This document shows, one piece after another, positions 38,164 through 47,905 of a stretch of DNA of 54,138 nucleotides. The notes beneath the pieces are model-generated. The model was not told where the DNA came from, ran no database searches, and saw only the letters and a list, made by a program, of their open reading frames with translations. The DNA is from Cocleimonas sp. (GTDB lineage: Bacteria; Pseudomonadota; Gammaproteobacteria; Thiotrichales; Thiotrichaceae): assembly GCA_036479895.1 (NCBI GenBank), contig JAZGFW010000302.1, positions 1 to 54,138 of the forward strand, given 5' to 3'. The position numbers and the translations under genes are program-made. Each line of letters begins with the position of its first letter. Position 1 is the stretch's first letter.

Positions 38164-38487
38164 GACACTACTAAACTTAACCAACTAATCAAAAGACTAG
38201 GTAAAAAATCAGTTTCTCAAGTAGAAAAAGCTAAGAAATTAAATCGATCTTATTCTAAATCTGTTACCGTTAGAAGAGATACCTTTATGAAAATTTACAA
38301 TTCTGAATTATTCAAAACAGTTTACAAATCTGGAACTAATGCAGGACCAAGAGAATTCAATCAATACCTTGACAAATCAGTTAATCTGGATGTTGTTGAT
38401 CTAAAGGCTTCTTGTTATTATGATCCTGAAAATAAAGAATTCTATTATATCGATTGTTATTATAATTCAATGAATTTTACTTATTAA
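38161..38487 (+). CDS. Stand-alone orphan gene inserted antisense in the head module
   Basis: Own promoter; no opposing ORF. Confidence 0.75.
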   Translation: MDTTKLNQLIKRLGKKSVSQVEKAKKLNRSYSKSVTVRRDTFMKIYNSELFKTVYKSGTNAGPREFNQYLDKSVNLDVVDLKASCYYDPENKEFYYIDCYYNSMNFTY

Positions 38488-38972
38488 TTAAATTGTTCAT
38501 TAGCTTCTTTCCAAATCCTTTGTGCTTCTTTTTTAGTAGACTCTACTGCATTTCTCATAAATGGTCTAGCTCGTAATCCATTTTTTTCTATGTTTTTAGC
38601 AATCGCCCAAGCTACTTTATCGGGTTTTGGTATTCCAACCCTTCTACACCACGCAATTAAAGGAGCGATTGGTGGTCGGTGTCCGGGTTCCGTTCCAAAT
38701 TCAACAGGTAAAACATAATCATCTGTATCAGGTCCTCCAAAACCAACAATACCTGTATTATTTTCCAGATCAACAATAGTTACTCCTGAACTATGCAACG
38801 CCCCTGTATCAAATGCTTTTGTTTCTCCAATAGTTAAATTATCCATGGCCTTTCCAAGTAGAAAATCAGTTGTGGCGTCTAGATACCATTTAATAACTTG
38901 TTTTTGAATCGATTTTGATTTTGATATAAATTGTTCAAATTGTTTTTTATCAAATGTTATATCTATACTCAT
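38484..38972 (-). CDS. HK97-gp10-like neck/tail completion protein
   Basis: DTGALHSS, YVLPVEFGTEPG..PP, ARPFMRNAVE; start likely MSIDITF. Confidence 0.85.
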   Translation of the reverse strand: MSIDITFDKKQFEQFISKSKSIQKQVIKWYLDATTDFLLGKAMDNLTIGETKAFDTGALHSSGVTIVDLENNTGIVGFGGPDTDDYVLPVEFGTEPGHRPPIAPLIAWCRRVGIPKPDKVAWAIAKNIEKNGLRARPFMRNAVESTKKEAQRIWKEANEQFN

Positions 38973-38980
38973 TATATCGC

Positions 38981-39796
38981 CTATTGTATTGGCTCTACTG
39001 TTATATCCATTGCACATCCAACAGAAGTATTATTAGAACTTACATTATTAGCCCTCAATTTAAATAGAGTTAATGGAGAGAGTTTTCTAGGAGGTCTATA
39101 AACAATAGGAACCGATGAACTACCTAATGAAACTACGCTAATAGTTGCTTTTACTTGCCAAACTTCCCCCATTGGTTTAGATAATAATGTAATTTCAGCA
39201 TCATTTGCTAAACCTTGTGTTCTTAAAATATGAGGTTGCAAGGAATGAATGAATGCTTCTTTACCGGATTCGACCGCAAAAACTGCCATTAAAGTTTCAT
39301 TATTACCAGGTAAAATTACTGCCATGGTAATTCCTGAATCAACGGAACCTGTGGCAATTATAATTCCAGCATTTTCTCCACCGGACCCACCTGTCCTGAT
39401 TATTGCCCTGAATAGACATTTATATGATTTGCTTGAAACTATTGGTGTAGTTCCATTTAGATTTAAAATCTCTGATTCTTTGATATCATTATTATCTATT
39501 CCTTCTATTTCTATTGTTCTTGCACCGGCCCCCCCAATATTATCAGTAGAATTATCAGATACAATAGAAACAGTTTGAGCACCGGACGGAAACCAATCCC
39601 ATGTAAAACCATTATCTGTTATATCTTTTGTTTGTCCAGTATCTATATCCGGATTCCCACCAAATTTATTAACTGGATATGCACCTTCAATTATATTTTT
39701 GGCAATGGCTTCCTTATGATCTAGTCGTACAAATTCTCCTTCTTTACTTGTTTTAATAGGAACCCAATTATTATCTTTATCTTTTCCCCATCCCAT
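38981..39796 (-). CDS. Putative virion protein, tandem paralogue B
   Basis: VNKFG.NPD, VSIVS, GARTIEIEGID, LNGTTP, GNNETLMAVF. Confidence 0.75.
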   Translation of the reverse strand: MGWGKDKDNNWVPIKTSKEGEFVRLDHKEAIAKNIIEGAYPVNKFGGNPDIDTGQTKDITDNGFTWDWFPSGAQTVSIVSDNSTDNIGGAGARTIEIEGIDNNDIKESEILNLNGTTPIVSSKSYKCLFRAIIRTGGSGGENAGIIIATGSVDSGITMAVILPGNNETLMAVFAVESGKEAFIHSLQPHILRTQGLANDAEITLLSKPMGEVWQVKATISVVSLGSSSVPIVYRPPRKLSPLTLFKLRANNVSSNNTSVGCAMDITVEPIQ

Positions 39797-39797
39797 A

Positions 39798-40613
39798 TTA
39801 CTGCACCGGTTCCACTGTTATATCCATACTCCCACCTATTAATAAATTGGTAGTACTAACATTACTTACATTTAATTTAAATAAAGTTAGAGGATCAAAT
39901 TGTTTTGGAGGATCAAAAAGAACCACTGGAGCTGAATCGCCCGTTGTTTCCATACTAAAACGCTCTTTTACCTGCCATACCTCGCCGTTAGGCTTTGCTA
40001 ATAAGGTAATTTCCGCAGAAACAGCAACGCCCGCTGTTCTTAAAGTTCTTAATTTTATTCCATGGATAAAACCCTCCTTACTTGTTTCGATTGCAAAGAC
40101 GCACATCAAGGTTTGATTATTTCCTATTAATATTACGAACATAGTTGTTCCTGAATCAGTTGAACCTGTGCATGTAATATTCCCAATATTGGCTCCAACA
40201 GAACCAGCTGTTCTTATTATAGCTCTAAATAATAATTTGTAGGTTTTAGTCGATACAACGGGTGTAGTGCCATTTAAATTAATGGTTTCCGATACCTTCG
40301 CGTCATTTTCGTCTATTCCTTCGATAAATATTGTTAAAGCCCCGGTATCAGTTCCTGCTCCTCCATCTTCATCGTCACTTGATACAATGGAAACAGTCTG
40401 TGCGCCAGAAGGGAATAAATCCCACGTGAATCCGGTATCGGTCATATCCTCCGCTGCATCTACATCAGGATTTTCACCGAACTTATTAACAGAATAAGCT
40501 CCTGCAATTATACTTTTAGCGACCGCAGTTTTATGATCCATCCTTACAGGTTCTCCCTCTTTACTACCCACTGATTCTACCCAGTTACCATCTTTATCTC
40601 TGTGCCAAGTCAT
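39798..40613 (-). CDS. Putative virion protein, tandem paralogue A
   Basis: Same length (271 aa) and colinear with paralogue B; both end in MDITVEP(I/V)Q. Confidence 0.75.
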   Translation of the reverse strand: MTWHRDKDGNWVESVGSKEGEPVRMDHKTAVAKSIIAGAYSVNKFGENPDVDAAEDMTDTGFTWDLFPSGAQTVSIVSSDDEDGGAGTDTGALTIFIEGIDENDAKVSETINLNGTTPVVSTKTYKLLFRAIIRTAGSVGANIGNITCTGSTDSGTTMFVILIGNNQTLMCVFAIETSKEGFIHGIKLRTLRTAGVAVSAEITLLAKPNGEVWQVKERFSMETTGDSAPVVLFDPPKQFDPLTLFKLNVSNVSTTNLLIGGSMDITVEPVQ

Positions 40614-40646
40614 ATGTTATATCTATATATATTATAACGATCAATT

Positions 40647-41414
40647 TTAAACGATTCTTCTTGGGGCAGATCTACAATTCCAATGCGGATTCAATTCCCT
40701 CTGATCGAATTTAGGAAAATGTTTTGCACCTACAAAGTCTACTATTTGAATTAGACGCGATAATGGAACTCCTGGTTTATTATAATATTGCATACCTTCA
40801 GCCTCAACAGTAGCTTTTATTTCTTTACAGCAATCTGTTGTCCTATGATCTCTACCAATACTCCATCCAAACAAATATGTTCCTCGAGGATCTCGTTGAT
40901 TCCATTCTATCATTCGGCCTTGATTTATCACGTATTGTGAATCTGTTCTATTTACAGTTTCATATTTTCTTAATTCAGAAATTGCAATGCTTTTTAATAT
41001 TTCTTCTAATTCAACCGCCGGGTCTATTAAAGCAGACATTAATTCAGGGATTTGAGTTAATCGACTAGCTAATCTTCCAGCTAAATTTACAATTCCCTCT
41101 TCTATTTTTGTATTTTTCATTACTTGATTAAATGCAATATCTATTAATTCTTTAGGGTAATATTCACGCCTACTACCTTCAATAAAGCCTAGTCTTAATA
41201 TATTTCTAAGATGACTTTCGACACGTCCGTATAACTCTGTATATAATGATTGAGTTATTTCACTTATACTAGCATTAAGATCTAAATTGCTTTTAATATC
41301 AGTAATTACAGGCATTATTTCTTTACGCCAATAATCCACAACCGAATTTAATAATTTTTTTTCTAATTTTTCTTGACGTTTATCAGTTAATCTTAGAGGA
41401 CCTGAAAACATCAT
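40647..41414 (-). CDS. MuF/SPP1 gp7-like head morphogenesis protein
   Basis: TVNRTD, DHRTTDCC, PHWNCRS; follows the portal gene. Confidence 0.82.
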   Translation of the reverse strand: MMFSGPLRLTDKRQEKLEKKLLNSVVDYWRKEIMPVITDIKSNLDLNASISEITQSLYTELYGRVESHLRNILRLGFIEGSRREYYPKELIDIAFNQVMKNTKIEEGIVNLAGRLASRLTQIPELMSALIDPAVELEEILKSIAISELRKYETVNRTDSQYVINQGRMIEWNQRDPRGTYLFGWSIGRDHRTTDCCKEIKATVEAEGMQYYNKPGVPLSRLIQIVDFVGAKHFPKFDQRELNPHWNCRSAPRRIV

Positions 41415-43720
41415 TTTTCTATTTTTCCACCACGTCGTATTGTTTCCTTTTCGATGTCGTTTAGTTGATTAATAATATCTTCTGGGATAAACTTCCCTCC
41501 TTTATAAAATTCACCAAGAATATTTAATCCACCTTTAGGTGCTCTTAATTGTTGTTTTGCTTGCATTTTTTTACTAATATTTGCTCCCTCTTTAGCACGT
41601 ACAACGGCGACTCTAACGGTTTCCTGTTCTTTTTTATCAAGTACGTATTTTCTATGATTACCGTCTAATAGATTAAGATTTGAATCTACTATAAGTGGCT
41701 GCATTTCATTTTTTTCTGTTAGATAATAAATAATTGTTCCTGCTCTTACTCTGGGAGATCCGTTCTTTATATCTTCTTCTTTAATTTCATAATCTGGGTG
41801 GGATTGTATTTCCCCTCTTTCTACCGTACGAAATTCAGTAAGTTCATAATCGTCTTCCCATTCCCATTCTGGCATTTCATCAACAAAAGTATAATAATTA
41901 TTTTTTAATATAGGGGAATCTATAATTTCGTATCCTTCCGCTTTATTATCGCCTTCAGCCATTTTTTTTACATTAGGATATCCAGGTGCACCTTGGTATT
42001 TATCGGCCGCTGCCTGTTGATCTTTATCTATATCTAATTGTTTAACATCTTTTGTTGGATAAATTGATTGATAATTGGCTGGATCATCAGTGAATAAATC
42101 TGCATAAGGATCCTCTATTTTTTCACGTTCAATAACTTGTAATTCATTATTAGAATCCAATGTGCGATCAAACCTTAGTTGGTTTACCATAATTGCAACA
42201 TACAACGCTTTCTTAGTTTTTAATTCTACTTCTGCAACTTCATCCTGTTCTTCGCTAGGAGCTAATTCTATGACCCAATCATTCAAACCTATTAATTTTG
42301 ATAATGGACCTAAAATATTTAAATTCCAGGCATTTTGACCCGTTGCAATTGCTCGGTTAGTAACCGTAAATTGTAAACCTTCATTATTTAAGCCCCCACC
42401 TTGACTTACATCACCTCTAAATATTCTAGATACACCAAAAAATGCACCCATAGAATCTTTTGATTCGTCCCTTACCGCGATAAATTCCATTTCCACCGGT
42501 GAAGTATCAAATTTAACAAATTCTGGTTTTGCTCCTCCGGGTGATGGTTCATAAGGAAGTATACCTATGGCATTAGCATCTTTATCTAATATTCTACGCA
42601 TTTTTTTTGCTTCTTCCCATACGTCTTCCCAAGAGCTAGCAGTAGGTAGTAATAAATATCCTGGTAATTTATGATAATGAGTATCGTCATAATAATCAGA
42701 CATATGTTTTAATTGATTAGTTGTCAATGATAATTCATATCTAAGAGTTACGGCCGGTGGATATCCATATAAAGCTGAAGGACTATGTAATGACGAATGA
42801 AGAATTTCATTTTGAATATATTTAGTAATAACTGTATTTGTACCTGGTTCATAGCCATAAGCAATAACAGGATAGAGAAAATTATTACAATTATCAATAT
42901 CGCATAAACCATCCGCATACCTCGAGGAATATTTTCTATGATCAACACAAGTATATTCATAAGTGCCTATTCTATTAGTTTTTGGCTCAACGGACCAAGC
43001 AATATTAGCTGGGTGTACCACCCATAATTGTTTAACTTCTGCAAAAACAATTAATCCGTTTTTAAGGATATAATCATTTTCAACTAATACCCACATATCA
43101 TCAACCATATCGACGTATCGTTGATTTTCTTTTATGATATCGATTAAATGTTGGTTATTAGTATTAACAGTATAAGAGGCGTCGATCCATTCTTCTCCAA
43201 TTTCTTTTTCTGATTCACTAGGAAATATAAATGGATATATATCTTCGGTATTTCCGCAATTATCACAACTTTCTGTTATCTGGTCATAATCAACGTTACA
43301 TACAGGACATTTACAAGAAAATTTAGAAGTAATTTGTAAACCGTTTCGTGTTATTTCTTGCGTTCTCGCTTGTAATAATTGTCTTGCCGTAGAATTATAC
43401 ATCATTGACATGACCATTTGATCATAGGCTTCAGACGGGAATGAGACTATTTCCCCTGATTCTCCATAATAGTTCTGACGTGAAGATAAGACGTTAATAT
43501 ATGATTTTGATTTTTCTAATTGTATAGCGTTAGATTTTGCTTGAAATAAATTCTGTAATTGATTTGTAATACTTGATTTTGATTTTAATTCTTCTATTTG
43601 AGTGCTTAATATATCAATATTAGTTTGATATGAATCCAAAGTCCTACCCATGAAAAAACGAGCTAATCTACTTGTTTTGATATTAGTTTTTGTTTTGCTT
43701 TCTGATACAGTTGATGACAT
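41411..43720 (-). CDS. Portal protein with zinc-finger insertions and C-terminal ParB/Srx-like extension
   Basis: After TerL; LYGYPP, MEFIAVRD, FFGVS, GGLNNEGLQ; C-terminal PLIVDSNLNLLDGNHRK. Confidence 0.85.
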   Translation of the reverse strand: MSSTVSESKTKTNIKTSRLARFFMGRTLDSYQTNIDILSTQIEELKSKSSITNQLQNLFQAKSNAIQLEKSKSYINVLSSRQNYYGESGEIVSFPSEAYDQMVMSMMYNSTARQLLQARTQEITRNGLQITSKFSCKCPVCNVDYDQITESCDNCGNTEDIYPFIFPSESEKEIGEEWIDASYTVNTNNQHLIDIIKENQRYVDMVDDMWVLVENDYILKNGLIVFAEVKQLWVVHPANIAWSVEPKTNRIGTYEYTCVDHRKYSSRYADGLCDIDNCNNFLYPVIAYGYEPGTNTVITKYIQNEILHSSLHSPSALYGYPPAVTLRYELSLTTNQLKHMSDYYDDTHYHKLPGYLLLPTASSWEDVWEEAKKMRRILDKDANAIGILPYEPSPGGAKPEFVKFDTSPVEMEFIAVRDESKDSMGAFFGVSRIFRGDVSQGGGLNNEGLQFTVTNRAIATGQNAWNLNILGPLSKLIGLNDWVIELAPSEEQDEVAEVELKTKKALYVAIMVNQLRFDRTLDSNNELQVIEREKIEDPYADLFTDDPANYQSIYPTKDVKQLDIDKDQQAAADKYQGAPGYPNVKKMAEGDNKAEGYEIIDSPILKNNYYTFVDEMPEWEWEDDYELTEFRTVERGEIQSHPDYEIKEEDIKNGSPRVRAGTIIYYLTEKNEMQPLIVDSNLNLLDGNHRKYVLDKKEQETVRVAVVRAKEGANISKKMQAKQQLRAPKGGLNILGEFYKGGKFIPEDIINQLNDIEKETIRRGGKIEK

Positions 43721-43808
43721 TTATTCATTAATAATAATTTAATGTTTTATAAAATAGAAAATGTAATTTCAACGGATAATAACGGAAAATTATCGGTTAA
43801 TTATTGTA

Positions 43809-45557
43809 TTAATTTTTACCAAATCCTACTTGACCTTGTTTCATTAATCTTTTTGCAATCCGGGTCATCCACCATCCTATTGTAGTATCGTCATATGCTG
43901 CTTTAGATTTATATTCTTTCTTAGCTGGAATTAATTGCCATCCTTTTAGTTCGTGAACAAAAGGTGCCATTGTTTGTATACTATATGTATCTCTTTGAGG
44001 AATGACAAATCGATTATCTCGAAAAGGTATATCAAGAGATGGAATCCCTATTGTTCTATTATGCTTATCACTCCCGGTACGATAAGGCGTAACATCAAAT
44101 CCTTTTTTCCGACTAACATTACCAAACATTCTTTGAAATCCATTTTCTTCAGCCACGGCCTTTTTTATATATTCATCCCATTCATCTAGAAAATCATTCA
44201 TTTTCCATTTAATATAATCCTCAACTTCTCCTTGTAATCCAAAACCAGGATCACGCTCGGTATTAAGATCAGCACCCTTGAAACGAACCATATCTAAAGG
44301 AATTTCAAGATTGTCTACCCATTCGGTAAGAAAGAAAACATTATAATCAGCGGAAACAGAAGGACTAATGGAAAAATCGAAACCTGCTGTAACGTCGCCC
44401 TCGGGGGTTCTTCTTAATTTCCAATCTTTTCCCTTTTCTTTTGCTCTATTAATCCAGCTATCTTTGAATAAAGCTAATTGTTGATTAGTTAATTTTAATA
44501 AAATTTCTCTTTCGTAATATATTTCTCCTTGTGTATCCCATTGTTCTATATGATAAGGAATGGGTCTTTTTTCAGGCCATAATACTCTTGGTTTTGGAGA
44601 AACGACACGAGTCATTATTATTGTAATAATTTCTTTAGTAAGATCTTTTACGCCATTTTCAATCAATTCATTTTCGATAGTATAGAATTCGCCTGAATCC
44701 ATTATCTTTATTTTATGATCGTGCCATTCACTAACATAATCTCTCCAGATTTCAATATCTTCTTCCAGAATACCCGGATATTCTCCTCCACGAAATATTC
44801 CTTTTGCTATTTCTCCTTTCCTGATTTTATCTAATGGGTCTCCTTCTTCAACAACTGTTCCAATATACAATACTTGTGCGTTTTTACCTTCTATATTAGG
44901 CGTACGTGTACCAAAGACCGCACCAAGCAATATATTTTCTATATCAGCAATCGACATATTCATTCGTTCATTAATTATATCGTCAAGGGTGATTCTATCC
45001 GTATGCTTCATACGTACATTTCCACCCATTGATCGACCTATACTCGCGGATCCAATAGGAATGCCATTTGGAGCAATTCCTTTTAGAGCAATATTAGTTT
45101 TATTGTCAACGCTAAAATCATAACCTAAATCTAGATTTTCCGAAGCATGGATTAACATTCCTTTTAATCCACCCTCTCCATCTAGTCCTGTATGCCATTC
45201 CATTGCCTGATCTTTAGAATAACTTAATTGTAAATTAGTAAAGGATCTTTTGAAACGAGAAGGATAAGCTAACATATCTTGTGCGTTTAGCATTTGGGTC
45301 CATGTAGTTTTGATATGACCTCTCGAACTAGCTTCAAATACTGTATTATATATTTCCGCGTGATAATTCCATTTGCCATGAAAATCCGTTGGATGTTTTA
45401 AACAATCTTTGTATTTTAAACACGATTTAACGTCATTTCCCATGACATGCTTTTGAAAATAGGTTTTATTATTGAAGGCAAATTTACGGTGTACCTGCAT
45501 CCCTGCGGTTGTTCTAGGTTCTTTGATTAATTCAGGTGCAGGAGCATGGTATACCAT
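43809..45557 (-). CDS. terL: Terminase large subunit
   Basis: SRGHIKTT Walker A, ITLDDI Walker B, IGT, LWPE, AGFDFS, EENGFQ, YDDT nuclease motifs. Confidence 0.9.
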   Translation of the reverse strand: MVYHAPAPELIKEPRTTAGMQVHRKFAFNNKTYFQKHVMGNDVKSCLKYKDCLKHPTDFHGKWNYHAEIYNTVFEASSRGHIKTTWTQMLNAQDMLAYPSRFKRSFTNLQLSYSKDQAMEWHTGLDGEGGLKGMLIHASENLDLGYDFSVDNKTNIALKGIAPNGIPIGSASIGRSMGGNVRMKHTDRITLDDIINERMNMSIADIENILLGAVFGTRTPNIEGKNAQVLYIGTVVEEGDPLDKIRKGEIAKGIFRGGEYPGILEEDIEIWRDYVSEWHDHKIKIMDSGEFYTIENELIENGVKDLTKEIITIIMTRVVSPKPRVLWPEKRPIPYHIEQWDTQGEIYYEREILLKLTNQQLALFKDSWINRAKEKGKDWKLRRTPEGDVTAGFDFSISPSVSADYNVFFLTEWVDNLEIPLDMVRFKGADLNTERDPGFGLQGEVEDYIKWKMNDFLDEWDEYIKKAVAEENGFQRMFGNVSRKKGFDVTPYRTGSDKHNRTIGIPSLDIPFRDNRFVIPQRDTYSIQTMAPFVHELKGWQLIPAKKEYKSKAAYDDTTIGWWMTRIAKRLMKQGQVGFGKN

Positions 45558-45563
45558 TTAAAT

Positions 45564-45869
45564 TCAATTTTTCTTATCAATACCGAATATATTATTATCA
45601 CCGGCATTCTCTTTTGAATAATCGATTTCTATTTTACGACCTTCTTCGTATTTTATACAATCACATTTATTGCAATCCAATATTACAATCATTTGTCGTG
45701 AAGGTGAATTTAATGGATCATCCACATTTTTTGTTCTATGACAATCTCTATCATGAATACAAACACAATAATATTTATATTTAACCACTCGGTCCATTGA
45801 TTCAAATTCATCATTTGCTAATGTATTTGTATCTTGACAAAGATAACTATTTATTGATTGATCTTCCAT
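45564..45869 (-). CDS. Cys/His zinc-binding protein
   Basis: CVCIH..CH...CNKCDCIKY. Confidence 0.6.
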   Translation of the reverse strand: MEDQSINSYLCQDTNTLANDEFESMDRVVKYKYYCVCIHDRDCHRTKNVDDPLNSPSRQMIVILDCNKCDCIKYEEGRKIEIDYSKENAGDNNIFGIDKKN

Positions 45870-46003
45870 AACAATAATATTTATTTATTTATATAAAAAT
45901 ATATTTCTATTATTTCGTTTGATTATTCATTAAATAAATAATTAATAAATTAATATTGAACTTACCTTATTTTTATTAATCACGTAGTTTTGTTATAGTA
46001 TGT

Positions 46004-46948
46004 TTGAATATTATTTTTGATATACCTAAAGAAAATAATAACCCTAAAACCCATAAATTCTGTTATGATTGTGGTTCCTATAAATTCATTAAAACCATTT
46101 CTAATATTGTTTGTACGGTTTGCGGATTATGCACTAGTGAAAAATTATATTCAACCTTACAACCATTCAAAGAAGTAGCAGATTATTCACAACCAATTTT
46201 AACAAACAACAAAAAAGCTAATGAAGTAACGGACCGATTATTATACTGGATCCAACTGGAGATATCAATCGAGAAAAAAATTACATTGATTGTTGATATT
46301 AATACTTTAGCTAATGAATTTCATATTTTATCATTAAATTATCCTTCTGAATATTATCTTGCAGCAGCAATTATTTTTTCTAAACAATTTATATTTTTAT
46401 CGCGTGAAATGGTAATAGGATACTTATTCAATGATTTTAACAAGGCATGTGGAAAAATGCTAAAAAAAATAGATAAATTAACGCGTGATAAGTACGATAC
46501 CTTCGGAAATGACTTGAATACTGGATTAATATACTTAAAAGATAAATCAAATAATAAAAATGATAATCATTACAATGAATACTTAAGTAAATATTGGGAA
46601 AAGAAAATAATTCAAGTAAATAATATTGTTAATGGTAAGAAAATGACACAAACAAACGTATTAAAAAAATCTAGACTATCTCAAAATAGTTACTATCGAA
46701 ATAAAAAGAGATTAAATGGATATAACCAATATAAACAACTTGGAAGACCCTCAATAATTGATAGTTGTCCTGAGGCCATTAATATTATATTACAATTATA
46801 TAAAGAAGGAAAAACCCTTATCCAGATTAAAGAATATCTAATAGATAATTTATTGAATTTTGTTGAATTAAAAATATATTATAAAATCATCAGTTTATCA
46901 ATACAAGCTATAAGGAATTATATATTAAAGAATCGAAACAATATTTAA
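46004..46948 (+). CDS. TFB/TFIIB-like protein (zinc ribbon, helical core, extra C-terminal HTH)
   Basis: CYDCGS.......IVCTVCGL is the TFIIB ribbon pattern; YLAAAIIF is cyclin-box-like. Confidence 0.62.
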   Translation: MNIIFDIPKENNNPKTHKFCYDCGSYKFIKTISNIVCTVCGLCTSEKLYSTLQPFKEVADYSQPILTNNKKANEVTDRLLYWIQLEISIEKKITLIVDINTLANEFHILSLNYPSEYYLAAAIIFSKQFIFLSREMVIGYLFNDFNKACGKMLKKIDKLTRDKYDTFGNDLNTGLIYLKDKSNNKNDNHYNEYLSKYWEKKIIQVNNIVNGKKMTQTNVLKKSRLSQNSYYRNKKRLNGYNQYKQLGRPSIIDSCPEAINIILQLYKEGKTLIQIKEYLIDNLLNFVELKIYYKIISLSIQAIRNYILKNRNNI

Positions 46949-46950
46949 TT

Positions 46951-47226
46951 TTAAAATCCGCCACCTAGTTTTGGTTTTTCTAATTTTTGTCCAGTAACAG
47001 TTATTAAATCAGAAGAATTATCTATCCAAGAAATTTCGCCCCATTCTACAATAATTAATTCTTTATCACAGCTATTCCAAGTATTATTTTCTTCTGGTGC
47101 ATATCTTCGATTACATCCAGGACAACTGATCCATAGGAAAAGCATTGGATCGAATTCTACTTCAAATTTAGTATTGCACCTAGAACATATTACAATTTTA
47201 GGTAGCTGCACGTTTTCAATTTTCAT
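46951..47226 (-). CDS. Zinc-ribbon protein
   Basis: ICSRC...ISCPGC. Confidence 0.65.
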   Translation of the reverse strand: MKIENVQLPKIVICSRCNTKFEVEFDPMLFLWISCPGCNRRYAPEENNTWNSCDKELIIVEWGEISWIDNSSDLITVTGQKLEKPKLGGGF

Positions 47227-47231
47227 TTTTC

Positions 47232-47435
47232 TTATCTCCTAATAATATATACATATTTTTTTAGAACTTTTAATTTATCCCTTCCTTCGGCCAAATCAAT
47301 AATTTCATCATCAACTAGATCTCGGATTGCTTTTTCAATTTCAACAAAAGGATAATTTAGATTCATAACGAGATCTGCTATATTGATAGATTGATTAACT
47401 GGTGCCATTTTTAATATTTCTGATTTTAAATTCAT
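47232..47435 (-). CDS. Winged-helix microprotein
   Basis: IADLVMNLNYPFVEIEKAIRDLVDDEII. Confidence 0.65.
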   Translation of the reverse strand: MNLKSEILKMAPVNQSINIADLVMNLNYPFVEIEKAIRDLVDDEIIDLAEGRDKLKVLKKYVYIIRR

Positions 47436-47450
47436 TTTATTTATTTGCTC

Positions 47451-47744
47451 CTAAAATTCAGAAACCATCAATTCTGCATATGACTTGACAAAATCCAATA
47501 ATAGATTTGTTTTTTTAATTACCAATTCGTTTTTGTTGATTAATTCTATGTAATCCTTTCTATCATTATATTCAGGTCCTTTTAATTTCATGATATTAAA
47601 ATTGGCTTGTTTGATTATTCCTTCAAATCTATATTGAATTTGAAGAATATTTGTAACATCATCAGATGCTTTGTAATATTGTAAAACACCCAATAATTCA
47701 TCAAGTGTTATTTGTTCGGTTAGGGTATTGGTTAGTTGTTCCAT
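47451..47744 (-). CDS. Early orphan protein with own promoter
   Basis: Leaderless ATG 30 nt after TTTAAATAG. Confidence 0.7.
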   Translation of the reverse strand: MEQLTNTLTEQITLDELLGVLQYYKASDDVTNILQIQYRFEGIIKQANFNIMKLKGPEYNDRKDYIELINKNELVIKKTNLLLDFVKSYAELMVSEF

Positions 47745-47790
47745 ATATAATATACTGTATTCGTCCTATTTAAACTAATCGACTTATTTA
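47742..47790 (-). promoter_or_regulatory. Conserved leaderless promoter, copy 4
   Basis: - strand taaataagtcgattagTTTAAATAG...tattatatATG, near-identical upstream block to copy 3. Confidence 0.72.
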
Positions 47791-47905
47791 TGTTATTTGG
47801 GTTAAATTATTATAATTATATATCTTTCCAAATTTCAGATAAATGAAATGTAATATGACCTCGAGGAAGAATGCATTCTATAAATTCACAATCTTGGTAT
47901 ATCAT

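Noticed and set aside
22070-44189. Many + strand ORFs within the structural arm (e.g. 22070, 22613, 28399, 39249, 40267)
   Set aside because: Antisense shadows of well-supported - strand genes, with no SD or motifs; 38161 is the exception and is kept.
46640-46948. IS630/Tc1 transposase remnant
   Set aside because: Only an HTH-like GRP motif; no DDE domain or terminal repeats, and it is fused in frame to the TFB-like region.
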